A stretch of DNA of 62,998 bases, filler included, from Olpidium bornovanus S191 (GCA_017911155.1; 30 parts of 30 records of this genome joined end to end with filler, not necessarily neighbours in it); one strand, 5' to 3'. Shown: positions 35,788-49,135, counted from the first letter of the whole stretch. Notes: a model not told the origin generated them from the letters alone. Translations and numbers: made by a program.

Positions 35788-36348
35788 GTACGTGAGCTGC
35801 TGCTGCTGCTGCTGGCGGTGGTGCCGTGCCGCCTCCCCGCGGCGGCACATTTTTGCCTGCGGGAAAGAGGAGTTACGCGTTTGAATCTGTTCCCTCGCCC
35901 CCCCCCGCTTGTCCCGCCGTTCTTCTGCTCGCACGCGTAAAAACGCGCGGCGCTCCGCTCCCCTCGCGTTCGTGCGGGCACATTTTCTCTTTCCGCCGCC
36001 TTGGCAACAACCCCCACCCCCACCCCCCCCCCCGCCCCCCCCCCCCGGCCCCCCCCCCCCCCTTCGTACCGTAAAGCGGCCGGATCCAGGAAATCCATCG
36101 TCCGCTCCCCTCGCCGATTTTCCTTCGTCAGGCTAGAGCGCAAAAAAACCAGTGCAGACACGCGGTAGCGGGTGAATCTTCCGGGAGTCGCGCCGCGCCA
36201 CGCTTCCCCAAGTCTTGAGAAGTTCAGCACACCAGGCGGCAAACGACGGGTTCTCCTCTGCGAGGGCGTCCCAGTCTGGCCGCCGCTCAAGGTATCTGTT
36301 TCCCGCAACCGCCCCTGCGGACAGCGTGGAGTTGGCGCCAGGTTGCAT
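35788..36348 (-). CDS. METTL16: METTL16-like RNA m6A methyltransferase, 5' part
   Basis: NRYLERRPDWDALAEENPSF / NRRGERTMDFLDPAALR / QLTY resembles the METTL16 N-terminus (NRY...PDF..LA...P.F, ..F.DP.A.R.LT). Confidence 0.7.
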
Positions 36349-36764
36349 GTGGGCTGGCTTCCCCCCCGCGCGCGCGCTCGTCGAAGGTGGCCGCAGAACG
36401 ACTGGTTGCGGACGGCGGGGATCCCTTGTCTGACCGACGTTCCGCTCTGGCGTTTCCGTGCGCGGGCACGGTCAGTTGAACCAAAATTCGACCTCCAAAA
36501 GAAAAATACTTCAACGCGATTTCCACGTGAACGCTGGAAGGAAGTTTAGACGTCAAGTCCGGGAAACGCCATTACTACTAGTGGAGTCAGTGCCGACGAG
36601 CACTGCCAAACGAGGTAGGCATACCTCACGAAATCCGGTTCGCCGTGCGCGCGCGTGTGTGTCGGGACGCGACACCGCATGGGAAGCCGACGACGTCCGC
36701 CGGGAGGCGGTCATCGGGCTCCGTGCCGGAAATCCCGGGGACAGGGCATCCAGAATCCAGTTTG

Positions 36765-36963
36765 AAATCCGGCATCAAATACGGCTGTCGCATCCACAAT
36801 CGCTTCTTGCATCAACACAATCGTCGAATCCGGGATCGAGATTCGGCTGTTGGGCCGACGGGCGCGGTTTGCTGTCAAATCTGGGGCCAGATCCGGCTGT
36901 TCCACTCACGGCCGCATTACGACATCAAATGCAACGTCAAAACCATGCAAATCCGGCATCAAA
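36765..36963. repeat. Spaced degenerate motif AATC(C/T)GG..(C/T)C.A.AT.CGGCTGT x3-4; similar motif at 59970-60041
   Basis: Copies near 36766, 36827 and 36878, partial copy at 36950. The end of contig 58139-60041 has AAATTCGGCGTCAGATTCGGCGTC and a duplicated GATGCCGCGTCGGATT. Confidence 0.55.
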
Positions 36964-37612
36964 GCTCAACGGACTCTTCTGGCAAGAGCAGGATGCGGTG
37001 AACGCGTTAAAGGCACGCTAACGCGGAACCACCGCTGCCACGTGTGGTGTTGTGTGCGAGCACCAAGAGCCGGCCGCGGCCAGAAGGAGAGCCAAAAGAA
37101 TTATCTTAAGCTCAAAGTCTGACTAGCCGCTCGTCAGCAACTTCATCTGCTTGGCCGGACACTGGGGTACCGTGGAGAGTTACGGCAGGAGGCCGTCATT
37201 CGATGCGATGCCGGTCATGGCAGCTCCTCGCGATACACCGTTGTTATGGGCACTGTGGCGAGAAATACCAGTGGGCGGAGGCGGGGCTGTGCTAACCAGC
37301 ACGTTCAGCGACGGTGCTCGTGCGCAAGAGCGGTGGAGGATTGCTTGGCATTTGACGCCCCTGTTTGACACGAATTATGTTGCAAAACGAACAACGGACG
37401 GTTATGTAATCACAGGATTTGACGGAAGGTCGGATGCGCTCGTTTGGATGGGTTCTACCAGGTTCCAGGCCGCCCGCACGTGGATGCATTGCTGCGTTCA
37501 CAGGAGAAGTTAAATATCAAAACCTCCCGAAGAATTTTTACAGCGTCTCCGAGTGCGCAAGGCGTGAAATATTTATCGGAGGTGTGCGGGTGAAAACCTC
37601 ATGGGAATGTTT

Positions 37613-37717
37613 TTCCCGAACCGTTAGGTTAGGGTCTACGGGAGTTTCTTTCGCTTTTCACTGTAGCGTCACGCCAGTGACTGTAGCGTCACGCCACGTG
37701 ACCGTAACCCTCACCCC
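37613..37717 (+). repeat. Dispersed repeat end, related to 19141-19222, with a GTTAGGTTAGGG insert
   Basis: Same TTCCCGAACC and 18-mer as the 19141 copy; this copy has about 16 extra nt (GTTAGGTTAGGGTCTACG in place of TA) between them. Confidence 0.8.
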
Positions 37718-37973
37718 ACGTGACGCCGGGGGGAAGAGGGGGGGTCGAAGTCCTACGGCTTCACCGCCCACCGCCCCACCCAACGAGACCCCAAAACCCA
37801 AGAAAGAAAAACCCCAAGAGAGAGAAACTGTCCCTACCAAAAAAATCAAATTCAGAAATCAGCGAAGACATGANNNNNNNNNNNNNNNNNNNNNNNNNNN
37901 NNNNNNNNNNNNNNNNNTTAATTAATTAANNNNNNNNNNNNNNNNNNNNNNNNNNNNNNNNNNNNNNNNNNNN

Positions 37974-39325
37974 CATGGCGTATATCCGATTGGTGTCCCG
38001 CTTGCGGACTTGCATTACCTGGGACGGCAAAGCGGAGGTCTTTCGTGAGTGCGGCTGCAGAACGGCGGAGATAGGAATTCCGCCCCACGCCCCAGAACGA
38101 GCGGAGCGGCCGGGCGGGCGACTGTCGTATCCCACCTTCCCAAAGCTGCCTTTCCCAATCACTTTAAGCAGGTCGAAACTGTCGATGCTCAGCGGCGCCT
38201 GCTTGCTGTCCCGTTTGAACATGAATTGCACGTGCACGGCGGAAACGTGTCCTGATGAGCCGGCGACCGCGGGCGCCGCGGGCAGGTTGGAGAGCGGGAA
38301 CCACTGGTCCACCACCCTGCCGTCAACGAAATCCGGTTTGATGCAGACGGAGCCGAGGAATACGTCGCCGACCTGCTTGCTCGGCGCGGCTCGCGACGGG
38401 TTCCGACCCCCCCGGACCGCGCCGCGACCGGCCCCGATATCCGCCGGTTTCGCGGCCTCGGGCGGGCTCGTTCGGAGAAAAATGGAAACGACGGCCTCAG
38501 AGTCTCGAGAGACGTCACTGCAAAAAGCCGGGTTTCGCCGCGGCCCCGCCCCATCCAAATCCGAATCCGGGGGGTTTCGAGGAGAACCCCGGGGTGCAAC
38601 CAAAAGATCAGAGCTTGCGGCCAGCAAAGGCGGGATCAACAAACTTTTTCTCACGGCGTGCAGAAAGAGAGAAAGAGTTCGGGCAAAAACGGCCCCGCGC
38701 CCTCCCCCTCTTCCCTTCCCTTCCCTTCCCTTTTTCCCGCCCCGGCTCCTCCTCCCCCAACTCTCACAGATTCGCTCGGTAGTTCCATATGGGGTTGCTG
38801 GCGTTGCCTCCCAGCGCGTCGATGACGAGCTCGTTCTTATCGAACTCGAGCACCGCATACGGCAGCCACCAGCACGGCTTCCTCTGCTCGCGGATCTGCT
38901 GCGGCGTCGCAACGGGCGGGCCGGAAGGCCACTGCGCTTCAAACGGAGAGACGCCCGCCGGAAGGGGTATGCGTCGTGCTTCGCAAACCCGGAGCATCAT
39001 AAGGCCTTGCATGGCCTGCGGCTCTGGCTGCCGTCCGCCGCCGCCGCCGCCGACGTCCGCCTCTTCGGCAACAAGAACCGAGAACCGCGGTAAAGGGGTT
39101 TGGCGTGATCCGGTTGCATGGGAGCGAGAGAGGAACAAAACGAAAAACGGTGAGACCCGCGGGATTTGTGTGAGCGCCTCCTTCTTTTTCCCTCACTCTC
39201 TTCTCTCTCCCTCCCTCGCTCTCCCTCTTCCCTGTGGGAGGCGGGGATGAACGGTTGGCGGGCCTCGTCTTTCTCTCACCGGATATGTCACTGCGGGTTG
39301 CCGGCATGTTGGGCTTCCACGACAT
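37974..39325 (-). CDS. YPK1: AGC Ser/Thr kinase Ypk1/Gad8 (C2-like domain plus start of kinase domain), 3' partial
   Basis: WWLPYAVLEFDKNELVIDALGG..NPIWNYRAN / DVSRDS, then LSIDSFDLLKVIGKGSFGK / VMQVRKRDTNRIYAM. Confidence 0.92.
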
Positions 39326-39582
39326 TGGTGAGCGGGACTCGCCGGGGCGGGGGGCAGAGGACGTCCGGAGAAGGGGGGGGGGGGGGGGGGGNNNNNNNNN
39401 NNNNNNNNNNNNNNNNNNNNNNNNNNNNNNNNNNNTTAATTAATTAANNNNNNNNNNNNNNNNNNNNNNNNNNNNNNNNNNNNNNNNNNNNCGCGCGCAA
39501 GGTGGAACTTGGGTGGCTAGCTTCCTTGAAACTGCACACCACGTTGGGGACGAGGGGCGCCGCGCCCCGCCGGGGGGGCGGC

Positions 39583-39626
<44 letters not shown>

Positions 39627-40339
39627 ACACACACAACAACAACACGCTCAGCCCGCCCGCCCGCCGGTCACGAGCGCCCCTGCACATGGGGAGAGAGCAT
39701 CCGGGCGCCGACACGCCGCTGCGCTGGACGAAGATGCGGACCGCATGCCAAACCAGCGCTCCGGAAAACGACAGATCTGCTTTCGAGGCATATCCGGGAA
39801 GCGGATTCTTCCATGCAGAGACCAGGGCCGACGGCGCCGGCCGTGTGACTGGATCATACCTCTCATGATCCATTCTTGCGATGGCGCGGCAGTCACGCGG
39901 TGCTCCAGGAATCAATTCATCACCGCTCACCGGCTCCACAGAGGCAGAGACGTAAATCGCAGGCAGCAAAAATCTACTCGAAAAAGGTCTCCCTGGGCGC
40001 GGCAGAAATCCAGCACCAAGTCGGCAACGGCGGGGCGGCAGATGCCTTGAGCCATGACCGCACGAAAGAAGCGCACGGAGGAGATATGACATCTCCATGT
40101 CGGCGTCTGCTCTGAGAGAGAAGGAAAGAAGGAAAAAAAAAACGGCGCGAGAGAAGGATGTCATCGCGGCGGTGTGCTCTGTCACAAAGTCGGTGGGGGA
40201 ACTGAGGAGGCGGGTGGGCGCGGCGGATTCGGGAGAATTTACATTAATTAACCCCCCCCCTTCCCGCGCCCTCTCTGACGCGGACTCCAAACGTATCGAG
40301 AAAGCAGGCAGTCCTTGCCTTCCATCCGCCGCCGTCCAC

Positions 40340-41237
40340 ATGGATGCGGCCGGCGGTGCTGCAGCCCCCAGCGGAGCAGAGGCGCGCAGCCCGCGCGGCG
40401 CCGGGCGAGAACGCCCGCCAGGGAACAACAGCGGTGAAGGCGGGCTTGCGTCGGACGAGAACTCCGCGCCCGTCTTCGACGCGGCGCTGCTGCGCTTCCA
40501 GGCCGACCACTTCTTCCATGGCGCCGCCGACGCGCAGCCGCCCCTGAACGCCCACGCCGCCTTCGTCGCCGGCTTGGTCGCCGCCGGGTCACCCCCGCGC
40601 GACGACAACAACTACTACTGGCCGTGGGCGGCCGAAGTCGCGCGGGACGGCTCCCAAGGGGTTCCTCATTACGGCGCCCTCGACCGTGGTGACTCGGCTC
40701 CTCACGGGGCTGGCGTCGAACAACAGTCGCACGCTGTATCCGACGCCGAACCGGGCGACAACGAACAGGGCCTGGCCATGGAGCTGACAGACGAGGTGAT
40801 AGCAATCTTCAGGCACACCGAGGCCTGGAAGAAAGAACGTGCGTGCCGCTTATGCTTGGATGTGTTGGTATTCTCCATGGCGCGCGCGGTCGCCGCCATC
40901 GGACGTTGCTATCACTTACGCGAGAACGCCGCTAGGGGAACTGATTCTGAAACGAGAGCGCCAGCTGGAGCAGGCGGAGGCAGCAATCGCTGCGGCCCTG
41001 GCGCAAAGGGCGGAATCAGCCGCGATGGCAGGCCGGAAGTTACCCAAATCGCCAAAAGAGATAGAGTTTTACAGGCGGATGTACGGCAACGAGCACTGGG
41101 AGGGCATAGCGTCCAAAGAGTGTCTTCTGAATGCGAAGTACGAGGCCGCGTGCGCCGAAGCGGCGGCAGCTAGAAAGGGCAGCAAGCCCGGCAAGGGAAA
41201 AATTGTCGTATGGCCGGTTGTGCCCATGAGATGCTGA
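40340..41237 (+). CDS. GEMIN8: Gemin8-like SMN-complex subunit (intron 40839-40935; start uncertain, may extend to 40097)
   Basis: MELTDEVIAIFRHTEAWKKER...RRMYGNEHWEGIASKECLLNAKYE...VWPVVPMRC* matches the Gemin8 C-terminal pattern (ME.T.E....F..TE..R.ER, .R.YG....I...E......., WP.IPL.F). Confidence 0.7.
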
Positions 41238-42725
41238 GATACGCGTTTGAAACGCGAAAATCAACGACGGCGGAACAACTACTCCTCGCAGTATCCGCGG
41301 ACGGAATTGAACGAGCAGCGACGCTATGAATGAAACACCGCGGATGACCGGATTAGTGCTCTTAGCATTCCCGACGCCGTCGAATTCGTGCCCCGTGATA
41401 GAGGCGCCCGTTTGTGCGTCACCCTGTGCGTTGATGAACCGTCCTTTACTGGAATCAAATGAAGATTGCTGGTTTAGGCCCGCGAACGCTTGATTTGACG
41501 GGCGTCGGGTTTTACCAAACGCCCTGTTTTTTTAATTCATCATTTTTCCGGACGTGTGCACATGAACTTGGTTGGCGCAGGTTTCCGATGACCTTACTTG
41601 CCGGTAACGTTCAGAGTGTCAGCGGCCCCGTCCGTTTTTCTTGAATGCGAACAGGTCTTCGGGTGATTCATGCCGAGAGAGAGGGTTGTTTGTGGTTTTG
41701 TGCATATGTGTGTGCAAACGTGCCGTTACAAAATTCTGTTCAGAGGCCGGCAGTAGCCGGCTGTGGAAACAGGAAACCCACCAGTGTGTATATTTAGCCC
41801 AATACTAAAGGGAGAATGTCCCGCACTTCGGCGCTAGTGTCTCCCGGCCACCAGGGCGTCCGCGACACGGTCTTCAAGAAAGAAGAATCCAGAATAGTTC
41901 ACCGTTTAACGACACTTTGACCATAATTACCCAGACTAATTTTATTTGCTATGCTTCCGATCACATCAAATGGATTGGGATTTTGGTGAAGTTAGAAAGT
42001 TTGGGTTCCCTTTCCATCAAGGGTCACCCTCAAGAGAAGATCCAGGGGGTCAGTGATCAGCTGGCTTCGGAGCTTGGCCTTGATGAGGTTTTGGTGCGAG
42101 AACCCTCACTCCCAGTCGACCGGCCCGGTCAGCAGCGCAAGAAGAATTTCGAGGAGGAAAGCAAAGGTTTGCAGTGCCGTCGAGGGCTTGCCGGTGTTTC
42201 GGGACACGCATGGCCGTTTCCAACGCGGGGAGCGAAAGTTGACAAAAAATCCACGTTACGCAGGCGCGGCTATTCACCAATCGTGGTCTGCTCGTCGATC
42301 AAAGAACTTTCCAAGTGGAGAGCTGGGCGAATGCCACTCCTGTGTAGGGGGGCACCACGCCGGCAAGGTGCCTGGTACGGTTTTTCACCTGTAAAGCGCC
42401 AAGCAGAGTTGCCGCACAAGTCGTTTGAACCTGCAACGCTCTCTTCAACTGACGGTGAGTTCCTCCTTCCGTGTTTCCCCCCCTTCTTTCCTCCCAAGCA
42501 AGCGGCAGCGGCGTTCGCATCTGCCCGGAAATCTGCTACACGTTTGGCCTACTCCGACGTCGCTTGGGAGGAGCCGGTGTCGTGAACGGGAAGACATCAA
42601 CAGGCATGTGCTACTTTCCCGCACCCACCTGGAACTCCGGTCACAGACACCACTGCCTCCTGCCCTGACGCTGCCGGGCGACGTCGTCTGTGACGTCCCG
42701 CGTTATCCTCCACAACGGCGATTGT

Positions 42726-42847
<122 letters not shown>

Positions 42848-42947
42848 NNNNNNNNNNNNNNNNNNNNNNNNNNNNNNNNNNNNNNNNNNNNTTAATTAAT
42901 TAANNNNNNNNNNNNNNNNNNNNNNNNNNNNNNNNNNNNNNNNNNNN

Positions 42948-44048
42948 CATGGTTGATAACAGTTGTTCGGCGTCGTACTCCTGGGCGCAGTCTACTACAC
43001 GCTCATACGTGCGTCCCATTTTGCGAATGCGTAGGAAGTTTTCTCGCTCTGCATCGAAAGACTCCAGGCGAAGATCCTTGAAAATGGCCGGGCGCACAAA
43101 AGGAGGTATCGCTCGGCGGGAGGTTGGGGATACCAGGCAGAAGGGAAAGCACGTCAGCAGGTTTGTCCGTAGTTTCTCAACGAAAAGGTCATCCGTGTGC
43201 GCTCGTGGCGGACACATAGTTCGACGGGCAGAAGGCAGAAGCGGGGCCAAATCGCCAGCCGCAAACCGGGGCCAAATCGCCAGCCGCAAACCGGGGGCAA
43301 ATCGCCAGCCGCACACTGCGAGGCATCCAACGGGACCGCAGACGAAACGCGATGTAGTTCGACGGGCAGAAGGCAAAAACGGGGCCAAATCGCCAACCGC
43401 AAACTGCGAGGCATATCCGACTGAACTGCAGATGTAACGCAACACAACCCGACAACTAGGACAGGACCAGAGAGAGAGGATGTCCGCAGAAACGTGGGAC
43501 ACGGTAGTTGGCATGACCACCCCGGGTGCCAAGCAGCGGGTTGCGTGCTTGCTGGTGCGTAAACACGGCAAAACAGTTAGAGAGAGATCACTTGCCTTCA
43601 GAAGCACCGCGTTCGTTTTGAAGGCGACGCGCCCGATAGTTGTAGCCCAGGCGCGGGCATGGTGAGCATACACAGCATCCGCCCCGTGGACTTCCTTGAG
43701 TTTTTCGATAAGCCGTTTTACGGAGATCTCTTTGCTAAAGTCCGGGAAGGGCTGGACCACGTCCGTTACGAGTAGCCACCGTTCGCGTTTCCGACCACGT
43801 GCCGGGGTTTCTTCAACTGTCGTCATTGTTCCCGACTTTTCCCCTCGGTCGAGGACATTGAGGGACTTTCGGGAGCACCGACCACGTGCAAGGGTATCTT
43901 CAACTATCGTCATTGTTCCTGACTTCTCCCGTCGGTCGGGGGCGTGGGGGGACTTTCGGGAACGCGGCGTGCGGAGGGGGGGGGGGAGGGGGACGAAATG
44001 CGCCCCAAGGACGTGTTTTCCACGGAAGCTCATATAAGCACTGCCCAT
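42948..44048 (-). CDS. Long open frame of unknown function containing internal repeats (3' partial)
   Basis: About 366 codons open to the contig end, with protein-like segments (FPDFSKEISVKRLIEKLKEVHGADAVYAHH; TDDLFVEKLR; DLRLESFDAERENFLRIRKMGRTYERVVD). No family recognised. Confidence 0.35.
43217..43405. repeat. 25-bp unit CGGGGCCAAATCGCCAGCCGCAAAC (x3 plus x1), each block preceded by TAGTTCGACGGGCAGAAGGCA
   Basis: Direct reading of the sequence. Confidence 0.9.
43791..43964. repeat. 87-bp imperfect tandem duplication
   Basis: CCGACCACGTG...CTTCAACT.TCGTCATTGTTCC.GACTT...GGACTTTCGGGA starts at 43791 and 43878. Confidence 0.9.
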
Positions 44049-44157
44049 TAACGAAATAAGGATTTCTTAGCCGCGATCTCAGTGACCTCCTCCAAAGTAT
44101 TCCGAAACGGAAAGCAGAGGGAAATCTGACACGTTGTACATCATGGAAGCTCGTACT

Positions 44158-45960
44158 TCATTTTTTGCCTAAAAGAACAAAGTGATGGATTACGAGGAGA
44201 TATAAGGTGGATATTTTTAGTAATTCCAGAGAGTCGACCAATTTCGCGGACATAGAGGGAAAAAACGCCAGGGGAAAACAGCGAAAACATGGGAAGTAAA
44301 AAGACAAAACGACCGCGTGACCGGTAAACACGCACCGATTTTCAGCCACTTCGTCATCTTGCTCCCTCGCGCGACGTCAGACCGCGTAACACCGCCCGGG
44401 TTCACTCTCTCGCATTTGACATCGTTCCCGTCCTGCTGTGCCTCGGGTCTTTGTTGCCCCTGAGTCTCGGGGGCCAAAGCCAAAGGAAGATCCTCCATCC
44501 GCTTCAGCCAAGAGTCGGCCAGGTAAGGACCATCCTGCCCTGCAGAAAGTGAACATGGCGTGTGAGATGTACGCGTTACATTCGTTCACATCCTTTAAGT
44601 GGCCGACGATCCGACCAGAGTGCCACGCGTGCGCACGCAAAGAAGTAACACTCACGTGCCACTCCACTTTTCCACGAAAACCACACGACCGATGCCGGCG
44701 AAAGGCTGGCCTTATACAAGGTCTCGTCCATGGAGGCCAAAACTTTCTTGGGCGGTGTCAGGTCTACACAATGCAACAATTTCGTCCGATTGGCCTATAA
44801 TTTCGTGACCGAACCAAACACGCCTCTGTTTGGGGCGGACAACCCGGGAGTGTAACGTACACAGAATGAAATCGCGACCAGGTTCACGCAAAGAACCCCG
44901 GACAAAGCCGTAGACCTCGGAAACTGAACGAGAAAGACATATTAGCATAAAGATCGGCTTTTAAGTAGCTGCAACGCGTGCCAGGCCGGAGCGGATAGGT
45001 ACGTACGCCTCGCCTGGCTGCTGAACTCGCCTTGGAGCTGCACCCGGTCTGGAAACCGCACCCTGATGATCGTCTTAACACTCATAAAAAGCGAACAAAC
45101 AACGGAGAAACGAAAGGATGGAAGAAAAAATCAGAACAAGTACTCCACGTAGCGGTCTACACGAGGAAAAAAAAAAAAAAAAAAAAGAAAAATCCAAGAC
45201 GAAGGTGTGCCTCGCCCGACCTTAGGAAATCTCCTCTCCTTCGCTGCCGCTTCCGCGGCCCTAACAGCGCTCGTCTTAAACCCAGCGTTTTCGCTGGCAA
45301 CCCGCTTGGTCGTCTGCGTGTTTATGAGGGACTTAAGCTCGTTGCCGCTGAGCTCGAAGAAGCTATCGGGGAGTTCGACTGATGAGCACAGACAATAAGG
45401 CGACAAAACAAAAGGGAAACGCGGTAGAGAGCGAGAGAGAAAAATTGGGAAAGAGAGAGGGAGAGGGGGAGAGAGAGGGGGGAGAGAGAGAGAATGAGCG
45501 AGCAAGAAAATGAAATCACTGAGAACTCGGTTCCGGAGACTAATTGGTCAAACAAAGAACACAAAGATCCACAGAGCGCCGCGGAGCTTACTCCTGTTCA
45601 TCGGCGCCGCATTGTCCGGCGGGGGCCGGAACACCTTCACGTTCCCTTTGTCCGTTGCCGCGAACACCTGCTGGGGTGCATCGTCGCTCTGTGGTGCCCC
45701 GGTCGGAGCGGCCTGCCACGCAGTCGCCGGCACGGTGGCCGACAGCGGCGGCTGCGGCGCCGGAGCGGGCGGCACGTCGACAAGGGGGTCACTCCGCCGC
45801 GGCGGCGCGTTCTCTTCGCGTTCGCCCGCGGCGACAGGACCGGTCGCAGACGCGCCGCCGAGCGCCATCGAGGTTGATGGGGGCGTGGTCGGGGCGCTCA
45901 TGGGAGAGGTGGGGAGCAAAAGGGAGCTACTCGTTGGCTGCTGCTGAGGGCTGGGTACGT
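44158..45960 (-). CDS. ASPSCR1: UBX-domain protein of the TUG/ASPSCR1 (Ubx4) family; 5' exons unresolved
   Basis: VKVFRPP / VELPDSFFELSGNELK...FKTSAVRAAE...RRFPK / TIIRVRFPDRVQLQGEF / SEVYGFVR / TPPKK...TLYKASLSPASVVWF / KWLKI-GKK*, across GT-AG introns. Confidence 0.88.
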
Positions 45961-47690
45961 CTGCGACGGGCGTCGGGCGCGCAGCGCTCGCCTTCGGGCG
46001 TCCGCGGACCGGGCGGGGAGGACGAGAGAGAGAGAGAATAAGAGAGAGCCGGGCTGGGTCGGGAGTTGGCGGGCCGGGTCCTGGAGAAACCCTTTCCCCA
46101 AAGTAGCGGCGCCACGGCTCGTTTTTGTTTCCCTCACAGTTTTTCGCTCGTACACAAATCACATGATAGCAACGCAAGTAGCGACTTTGGACCATCGAGC
46201 CAATGCCGCCGTCGTCACAGTCGGCTCTCCGCCGCTACTGCGGAGCGCCGTTCCGCGCTGCTCTGCGGCCACTGCTTCCTCGCTGACGATTTTCCGCTGC
46301 CGTCATCGCTGTCGCCGTTGCTCTAAACATTGACCTCTCTAGCCCATCGCCGTCGCTGTTGCTCGAAAAATTTGAAACATCGCAAAGCCCGTCGCCGTTG
46401 CCGTTGCGCTAAACGGAAGCCTTTCGAAGCTCATCGCCGATCATTGTTCTCCTTCATTTCCCGTCGCAGCGACGTCTGCGCCGTCGTGTCTCAGCTCATG
46501 AAGGAGTCATTCTGCAGCTTTTAGCCTTGCTCTGATCTGCCCTGTGCCGTTCAGTTCTTGTTGCCGATCACTTCGAGTTACTTCAGACTTGATCACTTTT
46601 GTTTTACTCGAATTCTTTCGAGAAAGAGGTCGTCAGTCCGTAAGTGACCTCTCCAAGAGGACGTATTGTTCTCAAACGAGACTCCGTTGCAGCAGTCGTC
46701 TACGCATTTTGCACTGACTGTCACGGCTAGCCCGTCAATCCCTTCCTCCAACCATCAAATCCTCCTGGCAAGCTGCGCCCGTCATAATGGTCACGTGACA
46801 TCATGATTGTGTTACGTTCAGCTCAACGTTCTCTCGTGTATTTGCTATGGTTGACGGTTACAGCAGGGAGGTGCCGGGCGGTCAAAAAGAAAAAGAAAAA
46901 AGGGGGGGGGGCAAAAACGAGGNNNNNNNNNNNNNNNNNNNNNNNNNNNNNNNNNNNNNNNNNNNNTTAATTAATTAANNNNNNNNNNNNNNNNNNNNNN
47001 NNNNNNNNNNNNNNNNNNNNNNAAGCAATTGCCCATTTAAAGAATCATTGTGATTGAGCGAGTCAGTTTCCTACTGATTTGTCAACCAAGCTTTTGGACA
47101 AGGCAATTTTCGCAAAACGCCGTTGTGCAAATCAACCCCCATGAAGTTTTGAACGAGAAACCGCCAGGATGTTCAAGCGCAAATGTAGATAAACAGATTT
47201 AGAGGAGCCATGAAGGTTAGGTGTGCCAGGTGGAGCGGGGCATGGAGAATGAACGCGGGTGGGGTGAGCCATAGCCCCGTCCCGCCGTGCGTACGCACAC
47301 CCACGCTCACCAACCCTAATCACACCCCGATAGACTCCCTAAAAAGGCAATTACAGATTTCAGGACCAGAGGAATCCAACGAACGTTTTCCCTTCTACTT
47401 CTTGCGACCGCCTCGCCCCTTGGCCTGCGTGCTGGTTGTGGGGGGTGCACCCCGTAAAGTTTTCGTCCTTTCAGCATATGCAAAACTCCAAACACCGAGT
47501 TCTTCGCTCGCCCCCCACGCGCCCTCCACCGCCAGGCCGCCCCTCCTCCGCCCCGGCCCCCTCCCCTCTCTCTCTCTTCCCTCCCCGTCCCTGCGCGCTC
47601 ACAGCCTGAACCCACCCCTCCTCCTCTTTCTCCCCCCCGCCCATCCCCACCCACCAAAAACCAAAACAAGGACCACTCGGGACCGCAAAC

Positions 47691-48955
47691 ATGGCCGACG
47701 CCACCTCTACCGGTAAGAGGAGCGCCGCGCACGCGGCAGGACGCCGGGGAACGGGGAAGTGGAGGGATGGGGACGGGGAGGGGGTGGTTGCTGAAGACGG
47801 GGGGAGGAGGGGGGGACATAAGGTCCATTGCCGGGGGGAGAGGGCGACAGGGGCGAGAGTGGAAGAGGTGGGAGAGGGGACGAGGGAAAAACATGTCCCC
47901 CGGTGGAGCGGCTCGCGGACCCGCGGCTTGGAGTTTGTCGAGATCCGGAGCACGGCGGGAATGTTGTCCTGTGCTTCACGTCTCTGCGGTCACGCCTCAG
48001 GTTTAACCAGGTCCCCCACGAGTTGTCGGGGGGAAGGTTTTCCGGGCCAGCGGTTCGACCACTCGTACCCAGGGCTGCACGACGCGTGCCGTTTGTACCC
48101 CTGGTTGCAGAAGGACCCAACCGTTTTCCATGGCCAGCTGGCGTTTCTGTCGCGTCAGCTGTGGGCTGTGACTGGTAAAATTTTCCAGAAAGCTGATAAG
48201 TGTCTTTTGTCCCGTCGCTCCTTTGCGTTCCTTCGCACTCCGCACATTCCCTCCACCGCTGGTCTCTGCTTTTTCAGCTGACTTCGTTTATCTCGCCAAG
48301 CTTTCCGAGCAGGCCGAGCGCTACGATGGTAAGTCTCTATCGTCGCGGTGACGCGCCACGGGGCCCGAGCATATGCGAAAGTCCCGAAACAACACACTCT
48401 TGCGAACCCCGTTAGCATGTGTTGCTGGTCTACTCCGCATTTGTTCAAAGACGCGCTTGATCTTCAGCGGTCTTTGTTTTCAGCATACCGCCATTGACAG
48501 GGCGGCCTTGTGTGCTGAGCTCCTGCACTTACGGGAGGCCGAGATCACTATCGGCCTTCCGCCTGTAGTCCATAGCTGCATCGCTGCAACCGAGACGCCA
48601 GTTTGACTCGCCCGCTGGAAGCCTTTTGGGTGGAAGATAGATGCCTATACGCGGACAGCTGCGAAATGAATTATGCGCTAAGGATCCTTCCGCCGGGACG
48701 CATTGATGACCGTTGGGTCGCGGCATGCTCGGCTTACCGCTGGTTAAGCGAAATTCTCACCCATTTTTTGTACTGTCGCATTTGTTTTTCGCACGTACGC
48801 CTGCCTTCCCGCTGTTTGCAGAGATGGTCGAGAACATGAAGAAGGTGGCCGCATCGGATCACGAGCTGTCAGTGGAAGAGCGCAATCTGCTCTCCGTTGC
48901 CTACAAGAATGTTATCGGAGCCCGCCGCGCTTCGTGGCGCATCGTCTCCTCAATT
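47691..48955 (+). CDS. BMH1: 14-3-3 protein, 5' part
   Basis: MADATST / [17 protein letters not shown] / [45 protein letters not shown]. Confidence 0.98.
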
Positions 48956-49090
48956 NNNNNNNNNNNNNNNNNNNNNNNNNNNNNNNNNNNNNNNNNNNNT
49001 TAATTAATTAANNNNNNNNNNNNNNNNNNNNNNNNNNNNNNNNNNNNNNNNNNNNAAAAAAAAAAAAAAAAAAAAAAAAGCCCCCCCCCC

Positions 49091-49135
<45 letters not shown>

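Noticed and set aside
41690-41880. Possible snRNA or other ncRNA (Sm-site-like AATTTTGT on the minus strand, short stems)
   Set aside because: No match to U1, U2, U4, U5, U6, U11, U12, RNase P or MRP signature sequences that I could recall.
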